The notes beneath the pieces were generated by a model. It was not told the DNA's origin and ran no database searches. It saw only the letters and a program-made list of their open reading frames with translations. Shown here in pieces: positions 19,744-31,781 of a stretch of 64,000 bases of DNA. A program made the translations under genes and the position numbers. Source of the stretch: an uncultured bacterium (lineage in GTDB: Bacteria > Bacillota_I > Bacilli_A > RFN20 > CAG-826); NCBI GenBank assembly GCA_949300345.1, contig CASGDR010000001.1:259835-323834 (forward strand). Direction: 5' to 3'. Position 1 is the first letter of the stretch, and each line of letters opens with the position of its first letter.

Positions 19744-21553
19744 GCGTTTCTTCCTTTTCTTTCTTTTTCTTAGATTGGTGCTTTTTGACCAGGTCGATGC
19801 TCAGGAAGACCAAGAAGACGACCAAGGTGCCAAGTAGAGCCCCGAGGAAATCGATGCCGACATCCGACCAGGCCCCTGTCCTATCGGGGGTATATAGCTG
19901 AATAAATTCGCTGAGCGTGCCGAAGAATAGCCCCGAAGCCAGGGACAATCCGGTCGCATATAGATAACGGTATTTGTTCTTTTCGAACAGATAATGGAAG
20001 AAGAGATATCCGAATACGGCCTCGGCGGCGAATAAAAGGAAGTGGCCTCCGAATTTCCTAAGCCAGCTGGCAAAATCATCGACATTGTCCTCATTGATCT
20101 GCGGCCTATCGGTAACCGTAATGGCCAAGGTTTGTTCCAAAGAGGGATTGAGGACCGACCTGATGGCAAGAACAGCGGTGCCCGACTTGGTGCCGCCTAG
20201 GGTCAAAGAGGCGGTTCCGTTTCCGGAGACCGAAATGACATCGGGCTCGGAATTATCAACGACCTCGATGCCGGTAACCGGAACATTCTTGGGGGCAAAT
20301 ACCCCATTTACATAAAGGAAAGAGCCTACCGATAAGGTTGCCTCGTTTCCGATATTCAAGTTCATGGAGGTGGGTAAGGCGGTAGAGACATCCGCCTCGA
20401 TGGTCTTGGATTCCAGGTCGGTGCCGGGGAAATCGACGCTGACCACGACTTTACCTCTGGTACGATAGCCAAGTAAGCAGGCCGTCCTTTCGTCGATCCG
20501 CTTCAGGCGGGCATGGATATTGTCTTCATTGGTGATGCTAAAGGAAGCCACCCCGACATCCCCTTCCGTTTCGGCAGTGATGGTTAGGCCATAGCCACCT
20601 TCATAGAAATAGTCATAGTCATTCAGATAGGAAGAACCTTCGCTAGCAAGATGGAAGGAAGAGGGCGTTTCATAGATGCTTGAGGAGACATTGACAGTTA
20701 ACTCGATGGGGTTTTCTTTGCCTAGGGTAAGGTTCGTGGTTCCTTCCTTTAGGCCGGTCAGTACCATGTCAGCACTCAGGCTAGCCACGCTAGGATCGGA
20801 GAAACTGACCGGGATCCGGCTGGGGTCATAGACCCTTCTTAGATAATGGTCGACTTCGTTGAGGGCCCTATCTTCGCTCCAGGTATCATCGACCCCGACC
20901 CTAGAGGCCGCGGTGCCGCTGGAATCAAGCAGATAAAGAGGCAAAACACAGGATTCGTGGATGCCGAGGGAAAATTCGCTTTGGCTTACTTCGAACTCCG
21001 TGGGCTCGGCCAAGGGGACGATGTCGAATTCATAAAGGCAGCTCACCTCGCCCGAGGAAGCAGAGATGGAGAAGGTTCCCTCTTTCAGGCCCACGACATT
21101 GATGTAATTGGTAAGGGTGGCATTGCTTAGGCTACCTTGGGATACCACGATTTCATAATCTTCCTTCGTCCCGCTTACCCTGGTGACCTCGAAATTCTGG
21201 TCGTAGGCATCACCTTGCGGATAATGGAGGGTAAAAGTCAGCCTAGAAGATGAGCCGATGGCAATCTGCCCTTGCCCTAGGAAAGAGGAATCGTTGTCCA
21301 AGGTGATGGACTCGGGCTTGACCACGACGGGATTGTCGTTTCCGCCGAAGAGGTTGATGAAGAAGGCGCTGATGTTGGCCAGCCAATCGCTTTGGATGGA
21401 ACTGGCGCCGCCCGGGATCGCCGATTCGACGATGATAAGAAGGCTAAGAAAAGAAAAAATCCCGAGATAAACCCAGGTGCGGCGCTTGTATTTCCTTTCC
21501 TTGCCCTCTTCTTCCACGTAGGCAATTATCGCATAAGTGAAAGATTGAAACAA
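19727..21553 (-). CDS. VanZ-like family membrane protein with a ~430-aa extracytoplasmic insertion
   Basis: 608 aa. One N-terminal TM helix is followed by a long beta-rich domain rich in T, S, V and G. The C-terminal 3-TM region carries the VanZ signature (EFIQLYTPDRTGAWSDVGIDFLGALLG) and ends in a poly-Lys tail. Confidence 0.6.
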   Translation of the reverse strand: MFQSFTYAIIAYVEEEGKERKYKRRTWVYLGIFSFLSLLIIVESAIPGGASSIQSDWLANISAFFINLFGGNDNPVVVKPESITLDNDSSFLGQGQIAIGSSSRLTFTLHYPQGDAYDQNFEVTRVSGTKEDYEIVVSQGSLSNATLTNYINVVGLKEGTFSISASSGEVSCLYEFDIVPLAEPTEFEVSQSEFSLGIHESCVLPLYLLDSSGTAASRVGVDDTWSEDRALNEVDHYLRRVYDPSRIPVSFSDPSVASLSADMVLTGLKEGTTNLTLGKENPIELTVNVSSSIYETPSSFHLASEGSSYLNDYDYFYEGGYGLTITAETEGDVGVASFSITNEDNIHARLKRIDERTACLLGYRTRGKVVVSVDFPGTDLESKTIEADVSTALPTSMNLNIGNEATLSVGSFLYVNGVFAPKNVPVTGIEVVDNSEPDVISVSGNGTASLTLGGTKSGTAVLAIRSVLNPSLEQTLAITVTDRPQINEDNVDDFASWLRKFGGHFLLFAAEAVFGYLFFHYLFEKNKYRYLYATGLSLASGLFFGTLSEFIQLYTPDRTGAWSDVGIDFLGALLGTLVVFLVFLSIDLVKKHQSKKKKEKEETPKEGE

Positions 21554-21591
21554 AGTTTCGGACGTTTTCGGTCCTTGGCCCCTATTATATA

Positions 21592-22383
21592 GTGATGAAA
21601 CTTTTAGCCCTTTTTCCTGCCCTACTATTACCCCTAAGCCTCTTTTCGTGTTCCAGTAGCGAAAACATAATGCTAATAGATAGGAACGGAGACCTCAATG
21701 CTATGACCTCCAAGACCTATGAGGCGACCGGACGGCTCAGCGATTTCGATGATGTGAGGATGCGCGTCGAAGCCGGGGAAACCGTCTTTCTGGCCCTGGT
21801 GGGCGAAAGCTGCCTTACCTGCAAAAGATTCGAACCCTCCTTTGCCGCCTATGCGATCGAGGCAGGCATTTCATATTCCTATTTCCTCAATCCTTCCGGA
21901 GATCTTGCCGGGGCGGAGGCTTTTTTAAGCGACTGTCTGGCTTTATGGCACTACTTCGATGAGCTAGAGGACTATGAAATCGTCACTCCCATGCTCATGA
22001 GCCTAAGCCAAGACGGGGCCATGATATTCGACATCTTCTCCGGAAGCGACACGGCCACCTATTGGGGAGATAGCAAGACCAAATCCTATTTCGACCAATA
22101 TTTCTCCCTCTCGGAAGTCTCCTATTTCCAAGATCCTGAAAACGCCTTTTCCTACTATGAAGAAATCTCCGGCGAGAAGACCCTTTTCGCCATTAGTGAA
22201 GACGATAGCGAAGGACTAAGCCTCTTCTATAAGGATTACTACGCTAGCTACAAAAACGATGAAGGCAAGACTGCCATTCTCATATTCCCGGAAGAAAAAA
22301 CCACTGAGGTCCTTCAGTGGCTTTCCTTATCAAGTTATGCCCCAACCATCGTCCATGACGGACAGGTTTCGAGCTTGGCCTAA
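21592..22383 (+). CDS. lipoprotein with a thioredoxin-like CxxC motif
   Basis: Signal peptide with lipobox LSLFSC. A CLTC motif lies in the GESCLTCKRFEP context. The gene is divergent from the VanZ-like gene across a 38-bp gap. Confidence 0.5.
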   Translation: MMKLLALFPALLLPLSLFSCSSSENIMLIDRNGDLNAMTSKTYEATGRLSDFDDVRMRVEAGETVFLALVGESCLTCKRFEPSFAAYAIEAGISYSYFLNPSGDLAGAEAFLSDCLALWHYFDELEDYEIVTPMLMSLSQDGAMIFDIFSGSDTATYWGDSKTKSYFDQYFSLSEVSYFQDPENAFSYYEEISGEKTLFAISEDDSEGLSLFYKDYYASYKNDEGKTAILIFPEEKTTEVLQWLSLSSYAPTIVHDGQVSSLA

Positions 22384-23603
22384 CCGGCCTTCTTGCAGAC
22401 AAAGGCGACGAATTCCTTGCCTTCCTCGATGGTCTTGAACCTGGCGTAGTAGAACGAATCGCCCATGACTATGGCCATGTGCTCGGGGTAGCGCCCTGAC
22501 ATACAGAGCTTTCCATAGTAACGGTTCAGGATTTCGTCATGGCTATGCTCATAGGGGACGCAGTCGCGCCTAGCGGCGGCGAAGGCGTAGTACTTCTCAT
22601 AGTCCATCTTCTGCCGGTTTTGGCCATAGCAGACCAGATCTGCGTAGATTTCATAGACCGAAACCGAATTGGCGAAGTCGATCAGGTCGGGGGTTTGTCC
22701 TCCGGGCGGTCTCATATTGCATTCAAGGGCCACAAAGTCGCCCTTCTTGCCTAGGCCCTTCTTGTCCTGCTTGAGGACAAAGAATTCGATGTGGAAGGCC
22801 CGGTTCTTGATGCCGAAGGCCTTGACCACTTGCTTGCCAAGGGACAGGAATTTCTTGCCGTCGATGAATTCAAAGGGCAAGTCAAAGGGGTTTGTGTAGT
22901 AATAGTAATCGATGTGCTCGTTGACGATGTCGGCCACCGGCTCGGAGAAAATATCGACGGTGCAGAAGGCCGCTTCGCCCTCCCCGTCGCAGATGCCGTC
23001 GAAGGAAATGATCTTCCCGTCGACGAATTCTTCCATGATGTAGGTGGTGATCAGCTTTTCCTTGAGGAAGTTCCTCAGGGATTCCTCATTCTTCAAGGAA
23101 TAGGAGGAACAGGCGCCGACCCCGATGTCGGGTTTGACGAAGAGTGGATAGCCGACCTTCTTGGCAAAGGCCAAAGCCGCCTCCAAGTCCTCGGGCCCGT
23201 TGACGAGGATATACCTCATGGTCTTGGCCCCGGCAGCCTGGAAGGAAGCCTTCATGGCCGACTTGGCCTTGATGTGCCTCATATCGGAGGGATGGAAGCC
23301 GGTATTGACGCCAAGGTCTTCGCGGAGCTGGGCATCGAGTTCGAGCCACCACTCGTTGTCGGATTCGATGAAGTCAATCTTGCCGTACTTGTCGTTGAAA
23401 TAGCGGGCCGCGCCCAAGACGGACGGATAATCGTTGAGATTGGGCAGGTAATAATATTCGGTAATGGAGGACTTCAGGCGATGATGGAGCTCATGCCATG
23501 GGGTATCACCGATACCCAAAACGTTCACGCCGTGTCCGCGCAGGGCTTCGACCCATTTGTAATAACGGACCGGGAAGTTGGGCGAGACGAAGATAAAATT
23601 CAT
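22380..23603 (-). CDS. ATP-grasp domain protein (putative carboxylate-amine ligase), terminal gene of the atp operon
   Basis: The ORF track extends to 23657. The ATG at 23603 has an AAGGGG RBS and lies 7 nt after the atpC stop. The ATP-grasp fold is indicated by GYPLFVKP...EEFVDG and a C-terminal Mg/ATP region. Confidence 0.65.
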   Translation of the reverse strand: MNFIFVSPNFPVRYYKWVEALRGHGVNVLGIGDTPWHELHHRLKSSITEYYYLPNLNDYPSVLGAARYFNDKYGKIDFIESDNEWWLELDAQLREDLGVNTGFHPSDMRHIKAKSAMKASFQAAGAKTMRYILVNGPEDLEAALAFAKKVGYPLFVKPDIGVGACSSYSLKNEESLRNFLKEKLITTYIMEEFVDGKIISFDGICDGEGEAAFCTVDIFSEPVADIVNEHIDYYYYTNPFDLPFEFIDGKKFLSLGKQVVKAFGIKNRAFHIEFFVLKQDKKGLGKKGDFVALECNMRPPGGQTPDLIDFANSVSVYEIYADLVCYGQNRQKMDYEKYYAFAAARRDCVPYEHSHDEILNRYYGKLCMSGRYPEHMAIVMGDSFYYARFKTIEEGKEFVAFVCKKAG

Positions 23604-23613
23604 GTTTGACCCC

Positions 23614-26189
<2,576 letters not shown>

Positions 26190-26200
<11 letters not shown>

Positions 26201-27701
26201 CTACTTCCTCCCTATAATGGGCGGCTGCGACCTTCAGATCCTTCATGCTCGCCTCGCTTAGGTCTTTTTCGCTTTCGATGGCCTCAAGGGTCTTCGAATG
26301 GTTGTTGATCAGATATTCATGGAAGCCCTCTAGGACTTCGGGCACTTTCTCGGCTTTGACCTCGTCGAAGCAGCCTTCCTTAACGCAATAGAGAAGAGAA
26401 GCTTCCTTGGATAGTTTTTCCGGACGCCCTTCCTTCTGGATGAGGGCGGCGGAAAGCACGGCGCCGTGACTGAGGATCTTCTGGGTTTCGGCATCGAGGT
26501 CGCTGCCGAACTGGGCAAAGCTCAGGTTCTCACGGTAGTTGGCCAGCTCGATCTTCAAGGAAAAGGCGACTTTCTTCATGGCCTTATCCTGGGCACTGGA
26601 CCCCACACGTGATACCGATAGGCCCGAATCCACGGCAGGACGGAAACCCTCGTTGAACATGTCGGTGGAAAGATAGATCTGCCCGTCGGTAATGGAAATG
26701 ACGTTGGTGGGAATGTAAGCGGAGATATCCCCTTCCTGGGTCTCGACGATGGGGAGGGCGGTAATCGAACCACCGCCGTGCTTTTCATCAAGGCGGCAGG
26801 CCCTCTCTAGCAAACGGCTATGAAGATAGAAGATGTCGCCGGGATAGGCTTCGCGGCCCGGGGACCTTCTAAGTAGTAGCGAAAGGGTACGGTAAGCGAC
26901 CGCATGCTTGGAAAGATCATCGAAGACGATGAGAACGTCCTGACCGTTTTCCATCCATTCCTCGGCCATGGCCATCGCCGCATATGGGGCGACGTATAGC
27001 TGCGGGGCCGGTTCGGAAGAAGAAGCGCTGATGATGAGGCTATAGTCCATGCAGCCTTCGCGCTTGAGGCGGTCGGCGATATAGGCCACGGAGGAATTCT
27101 TCTGCCCGATGGCACAATAGACGCATTTCACGTTGCGTCCCTTCTGGGAGATGATGGCGTCCACGGCAATGGAGGTCTTGCCGGATTGACGGTCGCCGAT
27201 GATCAGTTCGCGCTGACCCCTACCGATCGGCACCATCGCATCGATGGCCCTAAGGCCGGTAAACAAGGATGTATCGACCGACTTGCGGGGCAAGACGCCG
27301 GGCGCCACCCTTTCGATGGGGCGGGTCTTGTTCGAGGATATGGGTCCAAGCCCATCGATGGGATTGCCAAGGGCTCCGACTACACGTCCTAGAAGGGCGT
27401 CCCCGACCGGTACTTCGACAACCCTCTTGGTGCGTTTGACCCAATCCCCTTCTTTGAGGTTAAGGTCGCCGTTGAGGATGGCCGCATCCAAGGAATTCTC
27501 GCCGAGGTTCATGACCAGGCCATAGATGTCGTGGGGGAAAAGCAATAGCTCGCCGAGCATGGCACCCGAAAGGCCATAGACCGAGGCGATGTCATCGCCC
27601 ACGGAGACCACGGTTCCCACGTCGGAGAGTTCGTTTTGGCTCTCAAAGCCCTCGATCTGGGCCTTGAGCAGACGGCTTATGGCATTGACGTCGAATTTCA
27701 T
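26190..27701 (-). CDS. atpA: F1 ATP synthase alpha subunit
   Basis: 503 aa with P-loop GDRQSGKT. Confidence 0.95.
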
Positions 27702-28246
27702 AGGGTATCCTCCTTGAGGGTGGCATTGAGTTTTTCTAACTGGCTCTTGTAGCTGGAGTCATAGAGGCTATCGCCGACATAGACGCGGAAGCCTCCGATC
27801 AAAGAAGCATCGATCCTCGGGGTGAGCTCGACCTTGGAATGCCGTTTCGCGCTCAGGGACCCTTCAAGGTCCTTGAGGGATTTTTCATCTAGCGGCCTGG
27901 CCGAATAGACAAAGCCGGTTTCGATGCCGAGGTCTTCTCCCGAAAGGCGCATGAATTCCTTATAGGAACGCTTTATCGAGGAAACGAGGCGCTTTTTGCG
28001 GGCCAATTTGAGAAAAGAGGCAAAATGGGGAACATTTTTGTCACCGAAGGCCTTATCGATGAGGGCAAAGGCGTCCTCATCCTTTACATAGGGGGCCGAT
28101 AGGTATTCCCTAAGCTCCTTATTGGAAGAAATGAGATCCATGAAGGAAGAAAAGTAGTCCCGGTATTGGGGAAGCTTATCTTCCTGCTTGGCAATCAGAT
28201 ACAGGCTCCGGCCAAGGGAGAGGTCATACTCCTTGGGCCTATCCAT
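27698..28246 (-). CDS. atpH: ATP synthase delta (OSCP) subunit
   Basis: 182 aa, placed between atpF and atpA, with an OSCP-like profile. Confidence 0.8.
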   Translation of the reverse strand: MDRPKEYDLSLGRSLYLIAKQEDKLPQYRDYFSSFMDLISSNKELREYLSAPYVKDEDAFALIDKAFGDKNVPHFASFLKLARKKRLVSSIKRSYKEFMRLSGEDLGIETGFVYSARPLDEKSLKDLEGSLSAKRHSKVELTPRIDASLIGGFRVYVGDSLYDSSYKSQLEKLNATLKEDTL

Positions 28247-28790
28247 CGTCTTCCTCCAATTCGTTTAGGAAGTCCTCGACGATGGCCTTGTCCTTCTTGG
28301 AATCGGATTTCTCTTCCAAGAGCTTCTCGGCGCCTAGGACAGCAAGGTCGGCCACATGGTCGCGCAGCTCCTTCTTAGCCTTTTCGGTTTCTTGGGCAAT
28401 GGCGGCCTGGGCCTCTTCCTGCATCTTCTTGGTTTCTTGTTTGGCTTCTAGGAGAACGGCTTCCTTTTGACGGGTAGCCTCTTCCCTGGCCTTGGAGACG
28501 ATGGCGTTGGCTTCCGAACGGGAGGCGCTCAGGTTATCGCTGGCCGCCTTCTTCATGGCCTCGGCCTTCTTCAGGGCGTCTTCGCTCCCCTTGAGGTTCT
28601 GCTCGGTGTAGGCCCTTCTTTTCTGGATCAGGCGCTTCATGGGCTTGTAGCCGAGATAGACCACGGCCATGATCAAAACCACCAGCGCCAGAAGCTGGAT
28701 CAGGAAGCTCCAGAAATTCGGAATCAGCTTCTTTAGGAAGTCATCCGAAGTAAAAGGAGAATCGGCAAGAAGGCTGAGCAAGGAAAGCAT
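28239..28790 (-). CDS. atpF: ATP synthase Fo b subunit
   Basis: 183 aa with a single N-terminal TM helix followed by a long charged coiled-coil. Confidence 0.8.
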   Translation of the reverse strand: MLSLLSLLADSPFTSDDFLKKLIPNFWSFLIQLLALVVLIMAVVYLGYKPMKRLIQKRRAYTEQNLKGSEDALKKAEAMKKAASDNLSASRSEANAIVSKAREEATRQKEAVLLEAKQETKKMQEEAQAAIAQETEKAKKELRDHVADLAVLGAEKLLEEKSDSKKDKAIVEDFLNELEEDDG

Positions 28791-28795
28791 CTTGA

Positions 28796-29032
28796 TTAGG
28801 CCAGTCCCATTACGAAGATGATCAAGATGGACACAATCAGCGAGTAGATGCCGCAGGATTCGTCAAGCGCGACGGCGATCATCATCGTCGAACGCAGCTT
28901 CGGGGCCATCTCGGGATTGCGTACCATCCCGTCGATCGCGTGGCAGCAAATCCAGGCCTCACCAAGGGACGAGAAGTTGCCGAACATCATGGCCATGGCG
29001 GCCGCGATCGCGCAAAGTCCTAAATCTGTCAT
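28796..29032 (-). CDS. atpE: ATP synthase Fo c subunit (AxAxAxA helix-1 variant with an E...ESxxxY ion-site signature)
   Basis: 78-aa two-helix hairpin with the RNPE loop. Helix 2 carries ALDESCGIYSL. Confidence 0.8.
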   Translation of the reverse strand: MTDLGLCAIAAAMAMMFGNFSSLGEAWICCHAIDGMVRNPEMAPKLRSTMMIAVALDESCGIYSLIVSILIIFVMGLA

Positions 29033-29045
29033 GTGTTTTACCTCC

Positions 29046-29828
29046 TCATGACGCGCTCAAGGCCATATCAGAGCGCACGGGCAAGGCAGCTTTTTCCTCC
29101 TCGCTGGGCTTCTCCTGCGCTATCCATAGGGCGCAGAGGAAGGCATATACCGTGGTCTGGATATAGGCCGAGAACAAACCGAAATAGAGATTGAGGATGC
29201 CGCTGGGGATCGGGGAGAGGATGATCCCTTGGGCGCCCTCGGGCAAAAACCCGAAGAGCGAGGCTTCGAGCATGCCGATGGCCCACTGCACCAGTCCGAT
29301 GATGATGGTCCCGGAGAGGCAGTTGCCGAACATACGCATGGTTACCGAGATGATCGGGGTCCACATGGTGACGAGATTGACGGGCAAGAAGATGGGAATG
29401 GGGTCGATGTAGCGATGGAAATAACCCCAATGGGAATACCTGATGGAAGTGAAGTGGATGAGCACGAACATGACGATGGCTAGGCTCAGCGGGGCGGCCA
29501 GCCAATCGATGACGCTGGGAAGTCCGGTCAGGCCCCAGAGGAAGGCCAATCCGGTATAGGGAATGGCAACGCAGAAGAAGCCGAGGTAGCCATGCATTTG
29601 CGGACCCATGGTATCATCGACGAAGCCTTCGAGCTTCTCATAGCCCCATTCGGCCAAAAACAGCAATCCCTTGCTGGGCTTGGTGGGGTCCTGCCTTCTG
29701 GCCATGATCCCGATCACGATGGCCAAAACCAAAATAATGGCCATGATCATGAGCGAGGAAATAAGGGGGCCGTCGATTTCCTCCCAAGAGAATTCGAAAA
29801 ATGTCGAAAGCCTCTCTTCGAAGGTCAT
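29046..29828 (-). CDS. atpB: ATP synthase Fo a subunit
   Basis: 260-aa polytopic protein with a conserved Arg in the penultimate helix context (NxxSGTIIIGL...). Confidence 0.85.
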   Translation of the reverse strand: MTFEERLSTFFEFSWEEIDGPLISSLMIMAIILVLAIVIGIMARRQDPTKPSKGLLFLAEWGYEKLEGFVDDTMGPQMHGYLGFFCVAIPYTGLAFLWGLTGLPSVIDWLAAPLSLAIVMFVLIHFTSIRYSHWGYFHRYIDPIPIFLPVNLVTMWTPIISVTMRMFGNCLSGTIIIGLVQWAIGMLEASLFGFLPEGAQGIILSPIPSGILNLYFGLFSAYIQTTVYAFLCALWIAQEKPSEEEKAALPVRSDMALSAS

Positions 29829-30307
29829 TTTCCTTCTCCTTCTTCGGCCTTTTCGGCCTTGGCTTCGAGTTTCTTCACCGTAACGGCATCCTCTTTCTTA
29901 GAAGCAAAGAGGGTCCTGAGGGGAACAAAGACGAAGACGAGCAGATAAGAGGCGGCCACGCCCCAGAAATTGAACATGCTGAAGCCGGAGAACCATTCGC
30001 TTTTGAAGGTGCAGATGGCTCCTAGGACAAGGCCGATTCCCATGAGGATAAAACGGCCCATATAGAAGAGGACCACCATCATCGAGGCGTTCTTCTTCTC
30101 GCTTTGCGAAAGGATGAAGTCGTTGCCCCTATACATGGTCCAGTAGCAGATCAGGGCAATGATGGAGCCAAGCAGCCAGCCCATCGCATAGCTCCCCTGT
30201 TCGATCAGGAACAAGGGGCAAAGGACCAAGAAGACAAAAAGGGCCAGGGCGCCCATGAGCACCAAAGTCCTTTGTTCGCTAGATAGACGAAGATACTTCT
30301 TGATCAT
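29825..30307 (-). CDS. atpI: AtpI/AtpZ-like small membrane protein, first gene of the atp operon
   Basis: 160 aa with 4 TM helices. Its stop overlaps the atpB start. Confidence 0.55.
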   Translation of the reverse strand: MIKKYLRLSSEQRTLVLMGALALFVFLVLCPLFLIEQGSYAMGWLLGSIIALICYWTMYRGNDFILSQSEKKNASMMVVLFYMGRFILMGIGLVLGAICTFKSEWFSGFSMFNFWGVAASYLLVFVFVPLRTLFASKKEDAVTVKKLEAKAEKAEEGEGK

Positions 30308-30366
30308 AAGCCTTCCTATTGACGGCTAATCTTAAACCGAAAAAAGAGGAGGTCAATTGTTTTCCT

Positions 30367-31740
30367 TTAGGAAGCGCTATCAGAAAGGGAACGTTCGGCC
30401 CCGCCGGGAAGGCCCGGATCCTTGGGCTTGCCGACCAAAAGCTTCAAAAGCAGAGGGGTTGCAAACGAGGTAACTAGTATCAAAAGCAGGCAGAACGGGA
30501 TGATGGAAGGATCGACCAATCCGGCATCAACGCCCCTCTGGGCCGTGACGATGAGGACTTCGGCCCTCGCCATCATGCCGATCCCGGCCAGGAGACTGTC
30601 CTTGAACTTGAAGCGGGCCAATAAGGCACCGCTACCCGCACCAACGACCTTGCCGAGTATGCCAAGCACCACGAAGGTGAGCCCAAATAGGATGAAAGTA
30701 ACGTCGGTGAAGTCGAAGCTCGCATCGTACATCTTAAGGGCCACCGAGGCGAAAAAGATGGGAACAAAGAGGACATTTGCGGTGGTTTCGGTCCTGTGGT
30801 CGATATAGCGCTTCGGACGGGTCAATGAGAGCAAAAGCCCCGCAATATAGGCTCCGGTGATATCGGCTATCTGGAAGAATGACTGGGCAAGATAGGCCCA
30901 AAGGAAACAGAAAGCCAAGGCCAGAATCGGGATGCGGATATGATGGGGATAACGCCTATCGAGGAAATCGAATAGGGGCCTGACCAAGAAGAAGGCGCCA
31001 AGGGAAAGGACGAAGAAGATGCCCATGTTCACGATGATGATCAAGACATTCCAAGCCCCTTCGACGTGCCCGCCGCAGGATTCGATGATCCAGGTGAGCA
31101 GGTTGAATTCGGTGGAGGAAGTGCCCGAGATGGAAATGATGAAGCTCAGCAATATGATGCCGATTAGGTCATCGATGATGGCCGCGGCAATAAGGGCATT
31201 GCCGACCTTGCCTTCCAAAAGACCTAGTTCCTTTAGGACCGGGACGGTGATGGAGACGCTGGTGGCGGTCAAAATGACCCCATAGAAGAGATCGCTATAG
31301 ATGGGATCGATCCCGGTAGCCAGAAAATCGGGTTCCATGCCGGCATAGTTCCTGAATAGGTAAGCGCCGATAAAGCCAAAGGCCAAGGGGAATATGACCC
31401 CGCCCACGGTGATGAGGACCGAGGCCTTGCCGACGGCCTTGACCTTCTTCATGTCGGTTTCGATGCCGGCCATGAACATGATGAGGACCACGCCTAGCTC
31501 GGCTAATATCGAAATGCCGTTCCTGGTGTAATCGGTCAAGATGGTCTGGTTGTGGATGAAATAGATAAGCCCGATCAAAAGGCCGCTAAGCAAGAAGCCG
31601 ATGACTTCGGGAATGTGGAAGTGATGTGCCAATATGGCGAATAGTTTGGCGGAAATAAGAATCAGGGCGATCGGCAGCAAAAGTTCGTAGGGCTGCCCGT
31701 CGGCCAGAGTCACGATACCGGATGAAAAGATATTGCCCAT
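30367..31740 (-). CDS. monovalent cation:proton antiporter (CPA1/CPA2 family, Na+/H+ exchanger-like)
   Basis: 457 aa with 11-13 TM helices and a Na_H_exchanger-type N-terminus (LLLPIALILISAKLFAILAHHFHIPEVIGFLLSGLLIG). Confidence 0.8.
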   Translation of the reverse strand: MGNIFSSGIVTLADGQPYELLLPIALILISAKLFAILAHHFHIPEVIGFLLSGLLIGLIYFIHNQTILTDYTRNGISILAELGVVLIMFMAGIETDMKKVKAVGKASVLITVGGVIFPLAFGFIGAYLFRNYAGMEPDFLATGIDPIYSDLFYGVILTATSVSITVPVLKELGLLEGKVGNALIAAAIIDDLIGIILLSFIISISGTSSTEFNLLTWIIESCGGHVEGAWNVLIIIVNMGIFFVLSLGAFFLVRPLFDFLDRRYPHHIRIPILALAFCFLWAYLAQSFFQIADITGAYIAGLLLSLTRPKRYIDHRTETTANVLFVPIFFASVALKMYDASFDFTDVTFILFGLTFVVLGILGKVVGAGSGALLARFKFKDSLLAGIGMMARAEVLIVTAQRGVDAGLVDPSIIPFCLLLILVTSFATPLLLKLLVGKPKDPGLPGGAERSLSDSAS

Positions 31741-31781
31741 ACGGCTAGGGATTATAATCCTTGCTTTGCAAGATTAAAGAC

